Notes under the pieces: model-generated | Told to the model about the DNA's origin: nothing | Databases searched by the model: none | Seen by the model: only the letters and a program-made list of their open reading frames with translations | DNA from: the human T2T-CHM13v2.0 reference genome, Homo sapiens | Assembly: GCF_009914755.1 (NCBI RefSeq) | Contig: NC_060926.1 | Length of the DNA stretch: 64,000 nt | Direction: 5' to 3' (one strand) | Position numbers and translations under genes: made by a program | Shown: piece by piece, positions 1 through 8,077 of the stretch | Layout: each line of letters starts with the position of its first letter | Position numbering within the stretch: the first letter of the stretch is position 1

Positions 1-241
1 ATTTTCAGTTCGTTTTCACCTACATAGACATCAGTTTCATATGGTTCAACTCCATAACTGTCCTACCCACCTTGTACATGAAAATGAAGCATGAGTCAAA
101 GGCTCACTGCCATGTACACAGCGGGCATTCAGTGAGTGTTTGGGAAATTTAAGTGGTGGTTCTGGAACCAGATGGGCATGAGCCTTCCTCACCCACTTCT
201 AGCAAAGGCACCTGCATGGGAATAACGTCAGAAAACAGTTC

Positions 242-556
242 TTTTTTTGTTTTTTTTTTTGAGATGGAGTCTCACTCTGTTGCCCAGGCTGGAGTGCAAT
301 GGCGTGATCTCAGCTCCTGCAACCTCTGCCTCCCGGATTCAAGCGATTCTCCTGTCTCAGCCTCCCGAGTAGCTGGGATTACAGGCGCACGCCACCAGGC
401 CCGGCTAATTTTTGTATTTTTAGTAGAGACGGGGGTTTCACTATGTTGGTCAGGCTGGTCTCGAACTCCTGACCTCGTGATCCACTCACCTCGGCATCCA
501 CCCACCTCAGCCTCCCAAAGTGCTGGAATTACAAGCGTGAGCCACCGCGCCCGGCC
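242..556 (-). mobile_element. Alu SINE (AluS-like)
   Basis: T-tract followed by reverse-complement Alu body ending CCCGGCC; short internal duplication near 481-510; flanking AAA(A/G)CAGTTCTT repeats resemble a target-site duplication (TSD). Confidence 0.93.
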
Positions 557-679
557 AGGCAAAGCAGTTCTTAGAGGGAAATTCACATTCATCAGTTCCT
601 TCTGGGTGTTTGACCTTCCCGCTCCCACAACAGCCTGAATCCAGAACTGTCAAGTCTGGTTTTCAGCTATGGACACAGT

Positions 680-781
680 CCACTGCCCGAAGGCCACCAT
701 CCAGACGACGGGGAAGCCTTGATGGCCTTTCCGGAGCCACTGCCCGAAGGCCACCACCCAGACGAGGGGGAAGCCTCGATG
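680..781. repeat. Tandem duplication of a 45-bp unit, period 57 bp
   Basis: CCACTGCCCGAAGGCCACCA(T/C)CCAGACGA(C/G)GGGGAAGCCT(T/C)GATG at 680-724 and 737-781; 3 mismatches. Confidence 0.9.
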
Positions 782-1919
782 CTTAGAGATGGTACAAGCC
801 AGGCTCTCATTGCATCTGGGTTTCGTGGAAAAAACAATCCTCTCGAGGGTAACTGGAACTTAATGGATGCGCCGCAGGTGGAAGGCGCTCTGTCCCCCTG
901 TTTACGATGACGCATAATCCCTCCAACTCTCTGAGAATGTGACACAAAGGAGGGGGTCACGGTGGCTGAGGTCAAGGAGCCCTTCCTCTGTGAAGGGCGG
1001 CCCCAGGTCTGCGCGGCGGTGAAGACAGACTGGCAGTGGGAGGGAGGGAACCCGACAAAGAGTTGAGACGCGTAGTCCTCGGGAACAGCACTGTGGAAGT
1101 CCCCCGGATTGAGGCGCGCCCGTCCAGTGGAGAATGCCACCTCCAGCCACTGGGGCGCCTGGGGGCAGGGCGGAGACACAGCGGGCGTCCCTTCGCCGCT
1201 GCATAGGAGGGCGACCGCTGGGCAGCGGGTGTTGGCGCGGTATCCCCGCCCTGCCCAGCATCTGCCCCACGTTTCTTCAGGCTAAACTACCGGGATCCCG
1301 GGCTTCTTCCTAAAGTAAAACTCGCTCCGGAAAGGCCAACAGTCCAGCGGCCAGACGGGCACCTGGGAACGCGGGCCTAACGCGTACTGGAGACGGAGTG
1401 GCGCCCGGCACTGCGCGCCTCCTCCCCGCCGGGAGACTGCGTGCTAAGCTCAGCAAAGCCCCGCTGTGGAGACGGAGCCATGTCGCCCATTACCTAATGA
1501 AACTGAGAAGGGAGACTCAGTCTCTCTTCTAGCCCCGAGCGCAAGCTCTGCTGGACTTGGCATCGTCCGCCCTCCACGATCCCACACTCCGGGTTTTCCC
1601 CATTCCCAGCTCGGCTGCAACCGAGAGACAGACGGAAGAAACTGCCAATGGAAGGACGCAAAGCGTCAACTTTGTGTTCGCCCGCCACTCTCGGCCAATG
1701 TGCGCTCGTGTCTCCGGAGTCCCGCCTTCCGTGTCGGGCGCCCCCTTTTGGCAGCACAGGGACGAACCCTACGTCTCGCCATCTTGTGTGTGGCACAGGT
1801 AAATTTCTGGACTATCTTTCCACCTATTCTGGTCCTTTTTCCCACACAACCGATTTCTTAGTTCGACAGCTAAGTGCGGTGGCGATAAGGCCAGCGTAGC
1901 CTGTTGTTCTCGGATCGCC

Positions 1920-1925
1920 CACGTG
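1920..1925. promoter_or_regulatory. E-box CACGTG about 1.2 kb upstream of the PTMA start site
   Basis: Exact CACGTG; PTMA is an established MYC-responsive gene. Confidence 0.6.
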
Positions 1926-2772
1926 AGCTAGATCGCTACGTCACGCCACGCTTGCCGAGCCCGGCGCCATCTTGAGTGTGGCGTTTTGATGCTCCCCTTT
2001 CTCGGGGCTCCGCATGGTTCTCTAAATGGTCCCCCAAATTTCAGGTAGTCCCCAAAGATTAGCCCAACTGGCTCCAGAGACGATGATTTTTCCCGAGGAA
2101 CTCTGTAATGTTCATGTGCCCATCGCAGTCCAGCAGTGGGGTGGGAGAAGGGTAGACTCGATGGCCCGGCAGGCCCCTGGAGGAGGCTGCCCTGAGGCTG
2201 TCGCGACGGCAGTGACCGCTCGGGACAGACCCTAACTAGAAACCTAGAATGAGGGGACCGCTATGCCGTGCGGGGCCCGCGGGCTGTCCCACTCGAGGGC
2301 TGGAGCCGGCATCGCGCATCGAGTCCGCTTGATACATGAATCCGTGTGTGCTTGGGACGGTGCCCGCTTGTCGACTGACTTGGCCGACGGACGCCGGACC
2401 TGATGGTGGGCAATCGAGGTCGCCTGCCCACAGGACTAGGGGTGCCCTGCCCTGGGAGGGCGCGAGGGCATGGCAGAGGGACGGGGCGGCCCAGGTGCCC
2501 GGGTCTCGGCCTCGTGACCTCGTTGCTCGTCGTGGGGCTGCCGTCCACTTGCACTGGGACAATCCTTGGTCCAAGGCGCCCAGGCGCGGGGGGCGGGCAC
2601 CTCCGCGGGCACTGCGCTGGGCACCGCCCGGGGCGAGCGCGGCCCAGCACCCCGCCTTCCCCTCCCCCGCGCTGGCAGCCGTCGTGTGCCCGCCGCCCCC
2701 TCTTCCCTCCCCCTCCTTCCGAGCAGCCGCGGGGAGGGCGGGAGAGGGAGGGAAGGGGGTTGGGCGGGCAGC

Positions 2773-2780
2773 TTTGCCGC
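2773..2780 (+). promoter_or_regulatory. E2F-type site TTTGCCGC
   Basis: Fits the TTTSSCGC consensus, about 320 bp upstream of the predicted start site. Confidence 0.55.
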
Positions 2781-2989
2781 GCTTTGGCTTTCTGCGTCAG
2801 CAGCCCCAGCAAAACAGCTGCGGGAGCGCGCGTCCGGAACGCGCTCGCGCACCCCTCCCCCGCGCCCTCGGCCCTGCTGAGACCCGGCAAACTCCGGCCT
2901 TGAATGACAGTGCGATCGGCGACTGCGCAGCGCGGGACGCGCCGGGGCACTGCCGCTTTAAGCACGCTTGTCCATTGTTCGGAATCGAG

Positions 2990-3074
2990 CCAATGAGCGA
3001 GCGCCCGCTCCCTGCGCTCAGCCAATAGCGGCCGGGCATGGGAAGCCGAGCGCCGCCCACTAATCTATATTAAA
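2990..3074 (+). promoter_or_regulatory. PTMA: PTMA core promoter: CCAAT boxes at 2990 and 3022 plus TATA-like box at 3066-3074
   Basis: GAGCCAATGAG and CAGCCAATAG (NF-Y type, 32 bp apart), then TATATTAAA; start site inferred near 3095, about 180 nt before the ATG. Confidence 0.8.
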
Positions 3075-3276
3075 GCTTCTGGCGCCGCGTGAGTCCCCCA
3101 CTGGCTGCTCTGAAAAGCCATCTTTGCATTGTTCCTCATCCGCCTCCTTGCTCGCCGCAGCCGCCTCCGCCGCGCGCCTCCTCCGCCGCCGCGGACTCCG
3201 GCAGCTTTATCGCCAGAGTCCCTGAACTCTCGCTTTCTTTTTAATCCCCTGCATCGGATCACCGGCGTGCCCCACC

Positions 3277-3321
3277 ATGTCAGACGCAGCCGTAGACACC
3301 AGCTCCGAAATCACCACCAAG
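3277..3321 (+). CDS. PTMA: Prothymosin alpha, exon 1 coding part (MSDAAVDTSSEITTK)
   Basis: Kozak CCACCATG; thymosin alpha-1 N-terminus; donor AAG|GTGAGG, phase 0. Confidence 0.98.
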
Positions 3322-4899
3322 GTGAGGCTGGACGCCGCCCGCCCCCTCGGGGTCCGCGCGCCGCCGCTCGGGCGGTGTTTGGCGCGCAGCAGCTGGACTG
3401 TCTCAAGCCCGCTGTTGCTCCCTCTCGCGGGGAAACGGCCCGCCCCCGGCGCGGTGCCCTCAGGCAGCCCACTCTTTGTGTGGTGCGGGGGAGGGGGCGG
3501 GAACCGCCGCGGGCAGACGTGATGCCCGTCGGGGAGTGGGCCGGGCGCCCTCGGGGGCCGAGGGCTAGGCGCGGAGGCCGGCTCACGGCCCTCGAAACTC
3601 GTCTGTGGCCGGTATGAGTGGCGGCGGGAGGAGAAGAGCCTGGCTGGGGGTCGTCGGCCCGCCGGGCGCACGGAAATAACTTTGAAACTCAAGCGCGTTG
3701 GGAATCGGAAGTGCTGGGGGGCGCGTGTTGGGGCGCGGGCCGGCCGCGGGAAGTGGCGGCGAGCGCCCGCCGGCCGCGCTGCTCTTTGTTCGGCGCCAGG
3801 CCGGCGGTTTCGCGCCCTGCAGCGGACCTGAGGTGGTTTGTCTAGACTAAGTCCCGATAAGGCGGATGGGGCGACGGGCTGGCTGGCCGCGACGTCGGCC
3901 GTCCCGGCGGAGGTGTGACGGGCTTATCCGCTTTGGGCGCTCTGGGAGGCGGGGGTGGGCGCCCTTCGAGGTGAGTGCGCCGGGAGCGGCCGCCCAGCTT
4001 CAGTCATGCACCCGCGGTGCCGGGCTTGGCTGAGGAGGCGAGAGCCCACGCGCCGCAGGGAGGAAAGAGAAAGTGAAGCGCGGCGCTGGGGCGACGATGG
4101 GCGCCCCCCGCGGCTGCCCGGGAGCACCGTGTGCGCCGCAGCTCGGGGCGACGCGGGCCAACACGGCGGCCGCGACAGGCCAATGGTAGGGTCGAACTGG
4201 GGGGGCGCCCGGGCCCCGTGGCGGGTTCACTGCCCTCGGCTATGAGGTCCTGCGCGGCTGGTGCGGCTCCGCTCCTGTTGTCGGCGCCGCCTCGGTCCCA
4301 CTGCCCGCCCTGGGTAGCGTCTCCGCCCTTGGCGGGAGCGGGGCGCTCTCAGACTGACTGGCTCTTTCTTAATATTTCGGCCCTCGTCCGCGCCCGTCGT
4401 GCCCCTGCAGGGATTGGCGCGAGTCACCTTGGCGTCTCCTTAACCCTTGTGTCCCTGGCGTCATCTCTGACTCTCCCAGGGGCGACTTCTTGGCAGAGCG
4501 GAGCTCGGGGCCCGGATCTCCACAGGGGCTCTCAGTGACCCCTTCTGGACTCAGTCCGGGAATGAGTTTGTGGGGTGAGAACACCGTCCCCAGTGCGGGG
4601 CCTGGCTGTTCGATTTTCTCCGAAGCACCAAAAGGTGACTTCCCGCGAGGGCGATGAGTAGTAGCCCGAGAGGCGCATCCCCGACAGTCTCGGACCTACG
4701 CAGCCCGGTGGACTTTGGGGCGACCTCCCGTGGGACTTGGCCCGCCGAATGCAGACATTCGGGCCTGCCGGGGTGGCGGCAGTGGGGCGTCGAGTCGAGA
4801 GCCCGGCCGACCGACGCGCGACCCGCGCGCGTGCCACTGCAAGCTCTGCCTGCCGGCCGGGAGTCTCCAAGGCAAGGGACGCACTCGGCGGCCCCGGGC

Positions 4900-4905
4900 C
4901 ACGTG
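4900..4905. promoter_or_regulatory. Intron-1 E-box CACGTG
   Basis: GGCCACGTGC within the CpG island; consistent with MYC/USF regulation of PTMA. Confidence 0.55.
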
Positions 4906-5917
4906 CTCCCTGCGCGCGGTGCGTGCCGAGGCCCGCGCGCAAAGCCCGCCGGGCGGGGGATGCGCGCCTGCGCGCCGCGACCTCCCTGCCCCCACTGCTC
5001 CCCGGGGCTTCGGCCGCCAGGGGGCGAGAGCGGGCGGAGCCGGGGTCCGCGGAGCGGAGCGGGGCGGGCCGGACTGAGAGGGCCGACAGGTGGCCCGGAG
5101 CCGCTCGCCGGACAGCGGCCGAGGGGTTCCCGCAGGCCCGGACGCCGGACCTCTGTTGGTATTGGTGGCCGTGTCGTGTGGAAAAAGTTACCGGGCGCCC
5201 GGGGCCGCGCTGCCTTTTGGATCCCGGGCGGAGTCCCACCCCCGAGGTGCTGTCGGGATCCCTAGCCGCCGCGGGGAGGCCGGGAGTTGGTGGCTCCGGC
5301 GGCAGGCCCCGGCCTGGGGCACCGCCAAGCAGCGGTTTGCGGCCTCTAGGAACAGCGGTCGGATTTGGGGGGTCGGTGTGCTTTGGCTTTTTTAGATACC
5401 TGTCCTGGCCGGGGCGGTGCGGCCTCGCGGGCCTTCCAGGCTGGCGCGCCTGTGGGGCTCTCCCCGAGCGCAGGCCCCTCTCTCTTTGCCTTATTTATTT
5501 TTGGAACATAACCTGCCGCCTTTCTAGACGGCTCGAGGGGCGGGCTCTTTGCACTTGGAAGCAGGCTGATGGGCGTGAGTGTCCGGGGCTCGTCCACCCG
5601 GCCGGACGGGCTGGGGGCTGTGGCGCCACATGGCTCCTTTTTCCTGGGAAGCGCCAGGGGGCAGTGGGAACCGCCACCGGGGCCGCTGTAGCGGGCCTTA
5701 AAGGATGGGAAACCTTGATCACAGATGCCCCCCGCCGGCCTTCCTTCCACCAGACCAGTGGGAGAGGGACCGCAGGGGCATCAGGCCTTTCTCAACATGC
5801 GACTCTTAATTTGGGACGGACAGAACAGCCGTACAGACCAGTAGTTCTCAGCGCCTTTGCTTACCCTGGGTTGCTCAGAAGACTTACTGGTTACTGGTTC
5901 CTTCTTCCCTTTTGAAG

Positions 5918-5989
5918 GACTTAAAGGAGAAGAAGGAAGTTGTGGAAGAGGCAGAAAATGGAAGAGACGCCCCTGCTAACGGGAATGCT
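5918..5989 (+). CDS. PTMA: Prothymosin alpha, exon 2 (DLKEKKEVVEEAENGRDAPANGNA)
   Basis: Pyrimidine tract plus AAG acceptor; 72 nt; donor GCT|GTGAGT. Confidence 0.98.
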
Positions 5990-6065
5990 GTGAGTGTCTG
6001 CTTTGCTCCTGAGCCCTGGCAGCTACCGCCCCACAAAATTTTTCCTGTTCTACTTTAAACATACC

Positions 6066-6094
6066 TATATATGTGTGTGTATGTGTATATGTAT
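6066..6094. repeat. (TA/TG)n microsatellite
   Basis: TATATATGTGTGTGTATGTGTATATGTAT, directly abutting the U4 fragment. Confidence 0.85.
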
Positions 6095-6160
6095 AGCTTT
6101 GCACAGTGGCAGTATCGTAGCCAATGAGCTTTACCCGAGGCGCGATTATTGCTAGTTAAA
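6095..6160 (+). pseudogene. 3'-truncated U4 snRNA copy (U4 nt 1-66) in PTMA intron 2
   Basis: AGCTTTGCACAGTGGCAGTATCGTAGCCAATGAGCTTTACCCGAGGCGCGATTATTGCTAGTTAAA matches the U4 5' end from nt 1 with about 5 substitutions; no Sm site or 3' stem-loops. Confidence 0.93.
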
Positions 6161-6456
6161 TATTTATAAAAACCTTTCGAGCAGCGCCTGAACAAGAATA
6201 GGTTCAGAGGAGACTCCGGTAGTCTGAGTTTGGGCTTGGCCCAGGGTGGGGAAAAGCCCTTGTCCTGGGGCAGTTAATGTGCAGGTTTCATGATGGAGCC
6301 TGGAGGGTGTTGACTGGAGAAGGGTCTCTGGGGTGGGCTTGGCTTGGCTGGGCTGTAGATGCAGCCGCCAGCCTCTGGTGGGAGGCCGGGCATCAGGAGC
6401 AACGCTCTGTCCAGCCTGGGGCCAGCTGGTAATGACATGGCCTGTTTTCTGTCGAG

Positions 6457-6553
6457 GAGAATGAGGAAAATGGGGAGCAGGAGGCTGACAATGAGGTAGA
6501 CGAAGAAGAGGAAGAAGGTGGGGAGGAAGAGGAGGAGGAAGAAGAAGGTGATG
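6457..6553 (+). CDS. PTMA: Prothymosin alpha, exon 3 ((E)NEENGEQEADNEVDEEEEEGGEEEEEEEEGD); starts at 6457 or 6460
   Basis: Tandem acceptor TCGAG|GAG|AAT gives 111 or 110 aa; donor G|GTGAGT, phase 1. Confidence 0.97.
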
Positions 6554-7012
6554 GTGAGTAGCCTTGTCTATCTTCCCCTTTTCAGGTACTTTTTCCTGGC
6601 CTTGTCTGGCAGAAGGGGAAGGAAGGAATTGGGGCTCCTGGGAGTGGGACAATGGTACTTGGGGCCAGTGGACCACATGGCCCTGGGCACCCACCTGTAG
6701 AGTCAGGGAAGGTCTCCCTGACATGGAGTTGTGCCCATGCCCACTCACACTCACTCGCACACCTGAAAGTTTCTTTCGTGCAGCTCTGAAAGCCACTGAT
6801 CTATTGGGCTGGCCTTTTGGGGTGCAGCTGCTTGGGCCTCTCTCCTCTGGAGAGTCCCACCTGTGTAGTGGGCGTGGGTGCCCTGATTGGGCCCAGTTGC
6901 AGGCAGTAGAGGCAGGGCAGGGACCTTGCAGTCCACTACATGTTCCTCGGGATTTCCCCAGGAGCCACAGTAGGAGGGAAGTGTGGTTTACCTGGCCTTT
7001 GATTCTCTCCAG

Positions 7013-7086
7013 GTGAGGAAGAGGATGGAGATGAAGATGAGGAAGCTGAGTCAGCTACGGGCAAGCGGGCAGCTGAAGATGATGAG
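7013..7086 (+). CDS. PTMA: Prothymosin alpha, exon 4 (GEEEDGDEDEEAESATGKRAAEDDE)
   Basis: Acceptor TTCTCTCCAG|; 74 nt restores phase 0; donor GAG|GTGGGT. Confidence 0.98.
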
Positions 7087-7373
7087 GTGGGTTCTGGCTT
7101 GAGAAGAAGGGGGGTTTGGCATCTGGGTCTCCCCACCTGCCTTTAGCTGAGGTGCTCAAGCTGCGGAGGGACTGTTTCTGACTTTGTAGGTGGCCACTGT
7201 GTGGTCCTGAATCTTAAGAACAGGAAGGAAACAGGGCTGGGCTCAACTTCCCAGAGGCCTTGGGCTGTGGAGCTGGGGGTCCCTGGTTCTTGCTCTGCCA
7301 GCAGGAGCTGAGGCAGTGGGCTGGATAGGGCTCCTGGGGTTGGAGGGGCCTTTGACAGTCTTTCTCTGCTTAG

Positions 7374-7421
7374 GATGACGATGTCGATACCAAGAAGCAG
7401 AAGACCGACGAGGATGACTAG
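7374..7421 (+). CDS. PTMA: Prothymosin alpha, exon 5 coding part (DDDVDTKKQKTDEDD*)
   Basis: Acceptor TTTCTCTGCTTAG|; DDVD caspase site and TKKQKT nuclear localisation signal (NLS); stop TAG at 7419-7421; exons total 110 aa. Confidence 0.98.
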   Translation, partial: DDDVDTKKQKTDEDD

Positions 7422-7883
7422 ACAGCAAAAAAGGAAAAGTTAAACTAAAAAAAAAAAGGCCGCCGTGACCTATTCACCCTCCACTTCCCGTCTCAGAATC
7501 TAAACGTGGTCACCTTCGAGTAGAGAGGCCCGCCCGCCCACCGTGGGCAGTGCCACCCGCAGATGACACGCGCTCTCCACCACCCAACCCAAACCATGAG
7601 AATTTGCAACAGGGGAGGAAAAAAGAACCAAAACTTCCAAGGCCCTGCTTTTTTTCTTAAAAGTACTTTAAAAAGGAAATTTGTTTGTATTTTTTATTTA
7701 CATTTTATATTTTTGTACATATTGTTAGGGTCAGCCATTTTTAATGATCTCGGATGACCAAACCAGCCTTCGGAGCGTTCTCTGTCCTACTTCTGACTTT
7801 ACTTGTGGTGTGACCATGTTCATTATAATCTCAAAGGAGAAAAAAAACCTTGTAAAAAAAGCAAAAATGACAACAGAAAAACA

Positions 7884-7968
7884 ATCTTATTCCGAGCATT
7901 CCAGTAACTTTTTTGTGTATGTACTTAGCTGTACTATAAGTAGTTGGTTTGTATGAGATGGTTAAAAA
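7884..7968 (+). ncRNA. MIR1244-1: miR-1244 precursor in the PTMA 3'UTR (mature about 7938-7963)
   Basis: Contains AAGTAGTTGGTTTGTATGAGATGGTT, recognised as mature miR-1244; its status as a true miRNA rather than an mRNA fragment cannot be judged from sequence. Confidence 0.7.
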
Positions 7969-8071
7969 GGCCAAAGATAAAAGGTTTCTTTTTTTTTCCT
8001 TTTTTGTCTATGAAGTTGCTGTTTATTTTTTTTGGCCTGTTTGATGTATGTGTGAAACAATGTTGTCCAAC

Positions 8072-8077
8072 AATAAA
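8072..8077 (+). terminator. PTMA: PTMA polyadenylation signal AATAAA
   Basis: Canonical hexamer at the end of an AU-rich 3'UTR, followed by a U/GU-rich downstream element near 8125-8145; cleavage inferred near 8100-8110. Confidence 0.88.

Larger units (their letters stand above)
990..5750. promoter_or_regulatory. CpG island spanning the PTMA promoter, exon 1 and most of intron 1
   Basis: Very GC-rich with abundant undepleted CpG and no Alus; edges approximate. Confidence 0.88.

Noticed and set aside
3129-3276. N-terminal extension of PTMA from an upstream non-AUG start
   Set aside because: In-frame TGA at 3223-3225, and the 3129 TTG ORF is in a different frame.
4737-5915. 392-codon ORF in PTMA intron 1, plus many overlapping ORFs in 2200-5750
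   Set aside because: TTG start, Ala/Arg/Gly/Pro-rich, open in several frames on both strands, as expected from stop-codon scarcity in a CpG island; it ends out of frame with exon 2.
6121-6171. Apparent internal promoter (CCAAT then TATAAAA 44 bp later, the same spacing as the real PTMA promoter)
   Set aside because: The CCAAT is U4 snRNA nt 27-31, so the match is most simply coincidental; CAGE tags near 6195 would reopen it.
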